Shown in pieces: positions 1-10,952 of a DNA stretch of 64,000 nt (positions within the stretch are counted from its first letter, which is position 1; each line of letters starts with the position of its first letter). The notes under the pieces are model-generated. The model was given only the letters and a program-made list of their open reading frames with translations. It had not been told where the DNA came from and did no database searches. Origin of the DNA: Catajapyx aquilonaris (lineage: Eukaryota). The stretch lies in NCBI GenBank assembly GCA_000934665.2, contig KZ538017.1:62001-126000 (forward strand). Direction: 5' to 3'. The position numbers were made by a program, and so were the translations under genes.

Positions 1-217
1 AAATAAGGTACAGGCAAAAATAGGGTCCGCCATCTTTGATGGTTTTGGCGCCCATGGCAACTACACGGCAAGAACACGCGCGAATCAAAGATGGCGGACC
101 ATATTTTTGCCTGTACCCTATTTATACCTCGTTGGCGTTGCCCCCGATGGCCGCCAGCCTTGGCAGAGAGACGCGAAAATCGAATGTTTGCGTCTCTTAT
201 GTAGTATATGCTCCCTG
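1..217. mobile_element. Palindromic MITE, CAGGGAGC-terminus family, copy 1 (left part cut off by the window edge)
   Basis: Matches the copies at 14419-14781 and 61844-62178. Has the internal inverted arms CAGGCAAAAATAGGGTCCGCCATCTTTGAT/ATCAAAGATGGCGGACC and ends ...TATGCTCCCTG at 217. Confidence 0.85.
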
Positions 218-1527
218 GCATGGGAATAAGCCATTTTCAGGGCATGTTAGGAAAATGAGTAAGGTAGCAGACCTCCAGGTCAGCCTCCATGAGAGTCAGG
301 AGCGCCTCTCACGGAGGCTTCAAGCGAACCAACATTTGTCCTGGAACTGTTTGTCCTGAGATTACAAGACGTGTAAGTACGGTGCATGGAGAGCAATCCA
401 AATTATGGGGAAGATGCCGCGCACAGTGGGAGCTTCTTCGGTGCAAAAAGAAATGAAGAAGAAAAGTAATCTGGATACGCAATAAAAACGTCCCATATCT
501 TATGCGCCAGAACTAAGCGAGATAATTGGGTCTGCGCAGGGAATAGCGAAGAGACGAGTACAGTGTACAGTACTGCGAATAAGAGGAAATAATGGCACTA
601 TTTTGTCCGGTTGCGGTTGGATCGCGAGCCAGGAGTTTGGGTCATCTCAGACTGCGTCTCGGGTGGGCTGTCCGCTAGACTAACCACCCGGGGGAGCTCA
701 ACAGCAGAATTCTGCGCAAATGTTGCCAAATATGCCTACCAGACATAAGGTTCAATCAGCCGGCACGAAATTGCGCGAGTACCGCCGTATATATTTGAAG
801 ACCGTAATTGCATATGTGGCCCTAAGTTATTGGCAAAGCAGCGGGCCGCCTTTTATTATTAGGATATAACGTATGCAGGAATGTAAACCTGGCCTAATTG
901 GCGATCCCGGAGGCTGCTTTTGATTCATCTCCTTCCAGACGACTCCATTTCTATACAACCTTTATTCCTTTTTGAATAAAGGCGAGGGTCTCTATTATAT
1001 TTACGACGTCTCTTCAGCTAACTAAGCAATAGCTTGCGACATCATGGTGCAGCGGGCATGAAACAGAAATCATTTCCGGTCTGGTTCCTCCACAGCAAAT
1101 TGGAGGGGGGAATGGTCAACGTCAGTCGGAATTCGCACTAGAAATAACCGCGATTTTACAATAGCCGCTATAACGTTTAAAATGGAAGCAATTATCCCAA
1201 ATTTCCGTCCTCTTCGGCCGACCAATTAGGAGCCAAGTCGCGGCTTGCCATCGGGAAATGAATGCAGCATATGCCACAGTAGCGATAATGCGTCTTCTCT
1301 TAAGACCAGCTAACGACTAGACCTAGGCAGTGATTCGCAAAGACAAAATCCGCTGATTGATGAGGAGCAGAGGCTTACGGCTCATCAATCAGGCCAATCG
1401 GCGATAATGGCTTCTAAATGGCCTCACTGGCCCATTTAGTCGCCATTCGTATAGCCACGATGACCCCCCTGGGACGACGAGATCAAAAATGTCCGCGGTG
1501 AGTCATCAGTAGCCTGCGCCATCTTAA

Positions 1528-1644
1528 CCTCCTGAGACCCCTGGTACAGTATACTGTACCTTTGTTTTTTTCCAGCACCTTCTGACTAACTCAAACGCGT
1601 AAAAAAGCAAAGGTACAGTATGCTGTACCAGGGGTCTCAGGAGG
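1528..1644. mobile_element. 117-bp piggyBac-like MITE
   Basis: About 42-bp inverted arms CCTCCTGAGACCCCTGGTACAGTATACTGTACCTTTG / CAAAGGTACAGTATGCTGTACCAGGGGTCTCAGGAGG. Flanked by TTAA (1524-1527) and ATAA (1645-1648, a mutated TTAA). CC...GG ends with TTAA are piggyBac hallmarks. Confidence 0.75.
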
Positions 1645-2730
1645 ATAAGACATACTCCGTCCACAGTCGGACACAAGTTTTTGATGGAAAAGTAACCTTG
1701 CTTTCGAGCTACTAACCTTTGCAACCGGATCCTGCAACAGACCAAATAATAGTCGACTCTCAGACACAATAATGGTCCTTTTGGAGGCAGGCAATCTCCT
1801 GGCCGGTTATAGCCTCTTATTCCGCGGCTTCTAAGGGAAGGAGAGAGGAGATTGAAGCTGTCCAGGACACTTTTTGAGGGACCGACGACCCCCTTCCGGT
1901 CAGCCATATCCTCTTGCATGTCTCATCCACACACACACCCACTATAGAAACACGACCTTTTCGCTAAAGTCGACCCCGCAAATATTTTCTAGGCAGTCAA
2001 AAGGGCTGTCCCGCAAAAGGATATCGCGTGTCAAGTTTGTCCAGTGGAAAATGAGAAGGAAAGTTCCACAATCGTGCTCTGGAGAAAAAAAAAACATGCG
2101 GTAAAATCGGGCCTAATTAATTTTTGATTTTCGCACACATTGCGGTCGGTTAGCAACTTAATCAACCGATTAATTCGCAGCGCATGCACAAGGCGGATGT
2201 ATAGGCCTGGAGGCAGCTGTCTAAAAGCGAAGCCGACCAGTTTTTGGAGCAGACTTGTTGCTACATCAAAGCTAAAAGGGGGGTCCTAATATCGGAATGC
2301 GTTTCATCAGCAGGAATTTCTGCGGTCAAAGGGCGCGGAAAATTTTAGGGGATGCATCGGAGATTTTGCAACTTCAGACCACACAGCACAAACGGAGCAA
2401 AAGTTCGCTCATCATCATCGTAACACTCTTTTCAAGGGCCATTACGTACCCATTTTCATATGCTGCTTGGTCATAATAATAATCGGCTCAGTCTCTCTTT
2501 CCGTTTGTTTGTGCTGATAGTACCACTAACCCCCGCAAGACCTTGAGAGTGGCAGCACCGTGCAGAGAGGAAGGGTGCGCCATCTGTCAGCTAAGGGTAA
2601 TATGAAAACAATTGCGCATATTTTTCATATACCCGTTTTATACCTTTTGTAATGGTTACATTACTTTTAATGTGTGAAGATTTGGAATATTTATATATAT
2701 AAAAAAATAAACAAAATTGAAGGCTCTGCA

Positions 2731-4065
2731 TTAGCGGTTCTTGGCCCATGACTTGAATACGTTCATGTCCTGCTTCATGCTGTCCACCAGGGCGTGATCT
2801 TCCTCCAGGCTCTTCTTGACCGACCTGAGCCTGGTCTCGACCGAAGGGTCCCGCTTGACCTTGACCTGTCGAAACACCTCGGCCTTCTTCTTCTTTTCGG
2901 TGACCTCGACCGTGCTGGTGCTTTTCTTGGGAGGCCCTTGCACCTTCCTGCCTCGGACACTCAAGCGGCAGTCGGACGCAAAGACCTGGACCTTCGACTG
3001 CTCCTCGATTCCGTATGGGACGATGGCATACACCTCTTCCTTTTCCTCCTCCTCCTCATGGTCCAGAGTCATCTTCATCTCCAGCCTCCTCTCTTCCTGC
3101 TTGTACAATTGGCTCTTCATGAACAGACGCAGCTTGATGATGAACTCTGGCGAGGTGATAGGAGCCATGTCGCAGTCTCTCTGCTCCCCCAGCAGGTACT
3201 TTCTGTGCAGTTCGCTGACCTTTGGCTCGACTGAAACTGTGAAGTAGCAGTGAGGTTAAAGCTGGGGCCGATTGCGCACCACAGTTCGCGCAGCTTACAG
3301 GGTTGGCATTATCAAGGGTTCTTACCTTTTTCCGAGTCGCCTTTTTTGTCAATTGAATCGACGAACCATTTCTGAGCAATCTTCTCTTCTGAAACACGTT
3401 ATATTAAATCTTAAATCCACTTTAATTCGTCTCTTTAAATCCGCCCAGAGTTGGAAATATGGTACTTACCGTTGGACGTCTTATTCACGGCGTTTGAGCG
3501 GCCGTCTGTAATAGCGAGGCTCACTCTCTTCTCGTCGGTTTTGGGTGGGTCCAACTTGTTGCGGTGCCTGATGGGCACGATACGTTCGAAATTCATGATC
3601 TGGTGCTGTTGAATCAGGCTGTGCCCTCTGTTTAGGGCGTGACTCAAGCGCTCCTGCAGGTCAGAGGCCATGCTACTGACCTCTCGGATACCTGCCAAGG
3701 TCGAGCAAGAATCATCACGACTGCGAATCATCACAAAGGAGGCGGGGCATAAAGTGAAAAGGGGCGGGGCACGGATAGAATAGAGTGAAAAGGGGCGGGG
3801 CATAAATTTCACCTGGGCGGGGCATAAACTCAAAAGAGGATGGACGTAAGTCGAAGGGGGGTGGAGCGTAGTGGAACTGGGCGGGGCATCGAGTCGAAGG
3901 AGGCGGAGCATAATCAGCGATTTGGGTCGAGCTCATCAGCCTGTAATTAACAAAGTTGTGACGCCTACCTTTCTGGATGTTGCACAGATCTTGAGCAGGC
4001 GTAATTTCGGTCACGACTTTCTTGGTCTTTCGCCTCCGGATCGGATTAAATAAGAAGTCTTCCAT
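2731..4065 (-). CDS. Uncharacterised hydrophilic Lys/Glu-rich protein, about 295 aa, 4 exons
   Basis: Exons 4065-3969, 3691-3470, 3388-3326, 3236-2731. All three introns are GT-AG and phase 1, giving one open 888-nt frame (MEDFLFNPIRRRKTKK...DMNVFKSWAKNR*). There is an in-frame stop just upstream of the ATG, strong GC3 bias in the last exon and an AT-rich 3' region. No domain recognised. Confidence 0.72.
3738..3912. repeat. G-rich degenerate minisatellite (GGGCGGGGCATAAA core) in intron 1 of the uncharacterised gene
   Basis: The core GGCGGGGCA(T/C) or close variants recurs about 6-7 times with roughly 20-30 nt spacing. Confidence 0.7.
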
Positions 4066-4340
4066 GATCGCATGGAAATGTATTATTTAGAGTTCTTCTA
4101 TAGGACGATCCCTGCTTGTTTGTTTGACACCTCTCAAGTTGCATCTGCCTGGCAACTGACAATGAAACACCTGCCATTGTTGGCAGCCACTACAAAAAAA
4201 AAATCAACCCGCAGGATTCCTCCTAATTATTATTGTAATCTCCACCTGTTGTTTCTGTGCCTGTGCAAATAAATGGCACTCCAAGTATTTGCGAGTAATA
4301 ATTAAGAGCATTTTTGATTGGGTCTCGATTGTTGTCGTTT

Positions 4341-4360
4341 TGTGTGTGTGTGTGTGTGTG
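4341..4360. repeat. (TG)10 microsatellite
   Basis: Read directly from the sequence. Confidence 0.9.
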
Positions 4361-5983
4361 GAGGTGCTATTGTGTGATCGACCCCTTGGAGCAATAAAAC
4401 ATTTGGAGACTGAAACTTGCCCCGCGAGGGTTAAAAAGCGTGCTCTTTTGCGGGCACGACCCGAGAGAGAACAGGCAAGGGTTATTTGGCCTCCTTTTGT
4501 TCATTGTTAAGGAAACCCTCCTTTTGGTCGGATGTCAGCTAATGGGGCTTAATTGAAGAGGCCAATTACGACGCCAACAAAAGATCACGACGACGAAGGC
4601 ATGGGAACTATTTTTAAAACAATTACAGCGAAGCTGTTCTCACTTTAATTTTCGCACCGACATTCACAGTGAAAAAAAAATGGCATGTTCCATCCAAATT
4701 ATTTAATTGCCGTTGCTATATTTATTTTCATTATTTAAGACGCCATTAGTTGATGCATCGCTTCTTGAACCTGACTTGTAATTGACAGTTGGGAAGTTAA
4801 GCCCTGGTTCGATTTCCAAAGAAAAACTGGAAACAAGTTGTGCAAAAATAAAAGGCAGTAATTACACCCCCCCTCCCCTCCACCCTCCCTGCTGTGATTT
4901 AATCCTGCAAAAGAAAATAAGAGAAAACTCCTTCGGGGCAAGTTCAAGTTTTCTTAAACATTTCTTGGGAGATTTTTTTTTTTTTTTTTTTTGGAATGTA
5001 GGGTGGGTGGGGAGGGGGAAAAAAAACCTTAAGACGATGATAGGGGGGGTTGGAGTATGTTGCTCTTGGTGATTGTGGTCTGATGGGATCGGCCTGATGG
5101 AAGTGGGCGGAAGGTGTCGCGTTGCATAACCTTCACTTTGCAGATACACTCGAATCAGGATTAGAGTAGCCTTCAGTGCTATTGGTTGGCTATACACTTT
5201 TGTCCCAAACATTTTTCAACGTGGAAATAAAACAAGCGCTTACCGGATTTGAAGTGCTGATTAGCGCCAATTGTCTCGTCGAGTTAACAGGAATGGTACT
5301 GCAGAAGGGAAGGATCCGTGTACCAAGGTATGGCCCGGAAATGCACATCCCAAAATAACAGTACCCGGCAGCAGCCACCAGATGATGATGATAATTCCAA
5401 GAGCTTCCTTAATTGCAATGCCTTGCCGCCCCCCTTCCCTCTAAATCCTTATTGGCTTTCTCCAGACGGTTATTAACGTCTATTTCGCATGCAAATATTC
5501 CAGGGATTCGCTAATTACTCTCGACTCGAGCAATGCCGTAATTAACAAGGTGCAACATTCGACAGACTTTGGAATAATAGCAACAAAAAAATTGTATTGT
5601 AAAGTTTCGACTTAAAAGTATAACGATAGGTTGCGAATTTTGTGTGGGCATAGTGCCATATCCCTCACATAGATGGCCCACTAATGACTCACCGCGGACC
5701 CAAGTGTTGTTTTTGGTTCGTATTTTCTTCGGAAGTCACCCGGATTGTTTTGACTGCAAAAGACGTCATCCGGATTTTGTAACAACAGCCCTGTCCTATG
5801 TTTATTGTTCTTCCTCGAAGCGCTGGCCCGAAACCCAATCCGGATCTGCTGCCGCAACAATGAACTTGGAGCAGCAGCTCCGTGAGAGAATCGCAATCTG
5901 GCGATAGTTGTTGGAAGTCAATCGAGAATGAGAGGAACTGAGGCTATAAAATGAAGACTGTTGATATTATTCTGATTGGGTCT

Positions 5984-6794
5984 TTATTCATCCTGAAACT
6001 GGAGTCCTCCCCTGGCCTTGTCCGCTATTGGTTGTGGGGCAGGGGACGCGAAGGGCCTCCTTCGGGACAGGTCGAGGTCCTCGGCCCTGATGATGTAGCC
6101 AGTGTCCACTCCGTTGAACTGGGTTCGAACCTCGGCCTGTCCGGTCTGCAGGTTCAGCTGGGGACCGTTGCCGATCGGCTCAACTTCCTCGCTGTTTCGG
6201 GAAGAGACATAATTATAGTGAACCGGTTCCGGACCTGGCCCAAAGTGTTCGTACCTGACCACCCGGTATCCGTTCTCGTCCGCCTCGTAGTGGACGGTCC
6301 TCCTGAAGAATCCGTCCGAGTACGAGTACTGTCCCACAACCTTCCCTTCTTCCCTGGACTCCTGCCTGGTGTGCTGGTTGTCCATGATGCCGTCCGCCAC
6401 ATTCGACGTGAACCGGTACTTGGCGTTCCTGTTCTGCTCCTGGATCAGACGAAGTTCCTCCTCCTCGTCGGACAACCGCCCTCCTTGCTGCTGGCACGAC
6501 GACCACGACACCAGTGCAACCAGAAGAACTCCGACTAACTGCAAAAGGATTAAAGGCTTTGAGGCACGTCCCTGCCAGGCACGGGCGGTCGCATTTGGGC
6601 GCTTGTTGTGGGTTGTGAACGAGCGTTATTGTGGCTTTGCCAACCCTCGTATACATGCGATTAAATTGATTCCAATGCGACCATGCAATTCGTGTCTTAA
6701 TTAACGAGGCAATGCAGGGCAGTGCAGTACTTTCCCTTGGCAGTGATGCTTGCGCACTCACCGAGCATGAAATTGAGGCGACGCCTCTCTTCAT
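5984..6794 (-). CDS. Secreted cuticle protein with Rebers-Riddiford-like chitin-binding domain
   Basis: Exons 6794-6762 (MKRGVASISCS, donor GTGAGT), 6538-6255, 6191-5984. Hydrophobic signal peptide LVGVLLVALVSWSSC, followed by the R&R-like motif YRFTSNV...RQESREEGKVVGQYSYSDGFFRRTVHYEADENGYRVV. The predicted 63-nt intron 6254-6192 (GTACGA...AACAG) is in frame and has no stop. AATAAA overlaps the stop codon. Confidence 0.88.
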
Positions 6795-7862
6795 ACACTA
6801 CACACACACACTCACACGCCCCTCTCTCTCCCTTCATGCGCGCATACATCACTTCTTTTCTCTTTTTTTTCCGGACTCGTGACTTTTGGACTTCTCGATA
6901 ACCCGTTTTTTTTTCGCTTCGGAAGAGTCATGTCCGAGGCGATGGAAGTGTCATAAGGCGTATTCGTGTCTGGGGCTTCCATAATTATGAAACACCTTGT
7001 ATTGTCACTAGTGAGGTAATCGGGTTTTATTAACCGGTAATTGAGGCGTCTATTGTTGATCATTCCGGCCTTGGAAAGGTGGAAGGGGGTAAAATTGGCA
7101 CGAGAACACGACAGGTCAGTTATGCTGGCCGTGGGTGGGTCACTCACTCAACTATATACACGCGAAATAATCTCACGAGGTCACTCATCAGCAGGCGATT
7201 ACGTGGGAATAGGGTTGGCCAAAGTCAGAACCCGGCCGCATATTTTTGCACGTCAATTTTCGCACGCCTTCTTTTTATATAGTATTCGCCTTGTCGAGTT
7301 CAAGGCTAATTTTCTCCCGGTCAATAGCTCTGCTCCTGGCAACTCTGCGTGTTCTCATCTCCCTTCCAACAATACCCGCCTTTGTCAGGCCAATGCGCGA
7401 GATTGAGAATTAAAGGAGTGAAAAAAAAATCTACTCGATATAACTCTCCGAGGAAGGAATTTTTTTTGCGATTTTTTTTTTTTGCTAAAATTTGATGTGG
7501 ACATAATGAGTGCATATTATAATGTGCATGGCTCTGAAAAGAGGGTGACAGAGTGGGTGTGTTGAGGGGGTATTTATGTGTGCGAGGGTTGCCAGATCAC
7601 ACTTTCACTTTTGATCCATATTCTCCCTTGCCCATTCGTTTCACCTGCTTTGCTTACATTATGGTCTCTCTCTCTCTCTTCTCTTCTTCTCACCTGACCC
7701 ATCCCAGAGAGAGAGAGAGACCCGCTTTTTCTCCTCCTGACGACCCCCTGACCTCACCCTGGTCCGCTCCCTTTTTGTGCAATATGCCTGCCAGATCAAG
7801 CCGTGCGCACTCCTTTCGAAAGGGCGGGGCCGCTCGCTAAATGACCGGTCGCATTCACTGGC

Positions 7863-8745
7863 GTTACGTAATGATCGCAAGTATGGAATGCAAAAGTGTC
7901 TCAAAAATTACGAAACGTTGATTGTAACCCCGCAAGAAACGGTTATGTCACGTAACTTCCGTAAGTACGTCACGTAACTTCCGTTACTACGTTACGTAGA
8001 ACGTACACGATGGCATAGGCACGTAACAAAGTACAGCAGTACGTAAGACATTTCGCCGCAAGTACGTTACGTAGGACGTAAGTCACACGATGGCATACGG
8101 TCACGTTACAAAGTTACGAAACGTCCGGTAGTACGTAACGTAAGCCAGGGCGACACGGTGGCTGAGTGGTTAGCGCCGCAGCCTTCCACCTCTAAGGTCC
8201 CGAGTTCGATCCTCGGGTCGGACGGAGGATACTTATGTGGATAGAGTTTCGATGGGTTCTCTCCGTATTCGCGTGGGTTTTCTCGGGGTTGGGTTTCCTC
8301 CCACTATCAAAATCCATCACGTTACAGGCAAATGATTAAAGTCGGTTATTCAAAAGATGATCCCCTAAGATGCCCAAGGGGCCTATCACGGGGTATCAAT
8401 TATTACGTAACGCAAGCCATTTCGCCACAAGTACGTAACGTAAAGCAGAACGTAACAAGTTACTCCACGTCCGTCAGCACGTAAGCCGCATCACAAAAAG
8501 TACGTAACGACCGCAAATATGTTACGTCAAACGTAAGTAATACCGAAAGTACGTAACGTAAGCCGCATCACCACAAGTACGTAAGGTAAGCAATGCCATA
8601 AGTATACGTAGCGCAACACCATTTACGTACTTGACGTAAACCGTAAGTCATGACGTAACGTTCCACCGCGATTTACGTAACGATTAGCACGTAACGCGTA
8701 CGATACGCATTTGGCCTGGTAGCACACTGCACCGACACGTACGTA
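7863..8745. repeat. Degenerate (T)ACGTAA(CG)-rich tandem array interrupted by a SINE
   Basis: Dozens of TACGTA/ACGTAACG/GTTACG words with irregular spacers on both sides of the SINE. Confidence 0.8.
8148..8403 (+). mobile_element. tRNA-derived SINE with V-domain-like core
   Basis: Pol III A box TGGCTGAGTGG (8159-8169) and B box GAGTTCGATCC (8202-8212). The central TGTGGATAGAGTTTCGATGGGTTCTCTCCGTATTCGCGTGGGTTTTCTCGGGGTTGGGTTTCCTCCCAC resembles the V-SINE core as I recall it. Short ATT-type tail. Candidate 16-bp TSD TACGTAACG(T/C)AAGCCA at 8132-8147 and 8404-8419. Confidence 0.82.
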
Positions 8746-10952
8746 GGCTATAGGTAGAGCTGCTTGGACGCTCTTTTGCGCAGATTGAGATGCCGAAACG
8801 ACTAGAATGACACTGGCTGATTGGTGCGAACTCCCTCCCAATGGTGCCAATTGGAATAGACGACGCTACGGATGGACGTACCTTGATGAGCTCCATGTCT
8901 CTGCCTAATAATGGGTGCGTGTGGATCCTTGTGTTGAGACGGCGATGCAACAACCGAGAGTGGAGATGGGCCGGAGGGATGACCCCCTTTTATACACACC
9001 TGGAGGACCCCCCCCCCCCCCCCCCTNCTTCTTTTGATTATCATTTCTTCCCAGCACGAGAGGCCACCTTCTTCTTTTTTTTGCATATCTCTCTCTCTCT
9101 TCTACACTTGAGCAGCATGTGACATATGGGAGGGTCGTTGGTCGCATCATGGCCACCTTCCTGCTTGGAAAGAGCATCATCTGGCCACCCTGCCACGTTT
9201 TCATCTGGCGACCCCCGAAGAATGCACGGGGATTACCCGGAAATGAATCCGGCTCCTATAATGGCGCCGGTTCGGAGAAGGAAATGGGGGTCCATACAGC
9301 ACAGTCAGAGAGAGTCGGCATTTAAAGGGACGTCGTCGTCGTTAAATGCTTCATTACTGATAACGTCGTCTCTAAAGGAACGTTGCGTGACGGCCCGTGA
9401 CCAGCTCGACCCAAAGGCACGTACGTCCAATATGTGGGTCACCGGAGCCTGTGCATGGTGACATCCCAGTGGACGTCGCGACGCTGGGAACGCCCACAGT
9501 GTTGCCAGATGGTGCAGGAACCGGTCTCTTCTTTTCTCCTTCTCTCGACCCAGTTTTTTGCCGGCCCAAGAAAAACGGGAAGTTGCTCATATCGGTGTCA
9601 TCCCACACACACACATACTCACCCACATACTGGCCGCTAAGGGAAAACTGTTCGGGTGATGATGCCTGCCTCTCAAGCCCATGTTGCGACATACCTTCGA
9701 ACACTTTCGCCTTCGATTATTATGATTGCACGGTTGATGATGCCACGGCCTTGACTTTGATTGTTCAGGATCGCTGCCATTGTCCTCATTCATGCCTCGC
9801 CGGAGCCGCAAATAATTACCCCGCGACGTTACACACTGGATAATTTATTCTATTAAAAATACATAAATTTCAAACCCTTAGTATAAGCCAAGTCAATGAC
9901 ATAACGTATTACGATTAAGGCTCGCGAGTTATTTTTTAAATGTCTGTCCGGGTTAACAATCCACATATGGCGTGACCTTCATTTCGATCCGGGTGAATAT
10001 TAATGAGGCGACTAATGATGGACCAGGTGATGATGGAAAGGTTGGGCTGCTGATGAGAGCAGATGGCCAGATCTCTCTCTTTCTCTTTGCGAAACGCAGC
10101 ATACCTTATAGCCCAGGTATATAAACCCGTCCATTCACTTTCACTCTCTTAAAAATTACGTGTGCTTCTGAGAAGATTAAAAAAAAACACAAACAAGTGG
10201 ACGTCATTCGTTATAATTAATTGCGGATTAATTAGACCGCAAATGAAATCATAAGCAGAATAATGGCATAAAATTGTGATCCATTTTCTGATGCTTAATT
10301 GTTTGGGGAGATGACTTGAAAACTGTTCAGAAAGGTGGCGTTTGACATTGGACAGTTTTGCACGTAACTATAGGGTCTTTATGCGCCCATTTCGGTTGGG
10401 AATGTAATTACCCAGTAGGTAATGAGAAGTCGCGGCGGTTCGGAACAGGTTGGACAACTTGGTTTTTCAAGGTTGCTGGATTGAATGGGCAAGGAGAAAT
10501 CGGGAGAATTACCACACGCAAATTACGCAAATTGTGCAATCGCGTGTCAAATAATGGGCCTTCAGTTTTTGGAATAATCGCTGTGTAAATACATCATAAA
10601 AAATAGTGGATCGGTTCAGGACCGAGTCCGGTTTCAATACTTATTTAAGCCGAAATATTTTGTAGAATTATTTGGTCTGGTCGTGAATCCAGTGACCCAG
10701 TTGGTGACTGGGACAATGGCCCAATCACTGGGGTGGGAATAAGTGAAGCGAGGAAGAGGGAGCCCAGGTCACGATCGTGTTGATGGACCTTTTGTTTACT
10801 ATAGCTGGGGTCAAAGGGCAGGGCACGTCTCAGATTCCGGCGATGGGTGGGATGGGAAGGAAGGGAGAAAGTGATATAGTTGAAGGCCCTCTCACTCGAG
10901 ACATTTTTTTGTGTGTGTGTGGACATAATATTGGGATATGTTTTCAACAGCT

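Noticed and set aside
1353..1392. Short hairpins (12-bp arms here, 10-bp arms at 18081-18108) as miRNA precursors or terminators
   Set aside because: The stems are too short for a pre-miRNA and there is no supporting context.
1591..1919. Possible minus-strand exons or ORFs (MQEDMADRK..., DPVAKVSSSK...)
   Set aside because: An acceptor-like TGTTGCAG exists, but I could not build a consistent gene, and the ORF runs into a MITE.
8148..8222. tRNA gene
   Set aside because: A and B boxes are present, but the acceptor and anticodon stems do not pair and the sequence continues into a SINE body.
7863..8745. CRISPR-like repeat-spacer array
   Set aside because: No constant repeat length or spacing, no cas genes, and a eukaryotic context.
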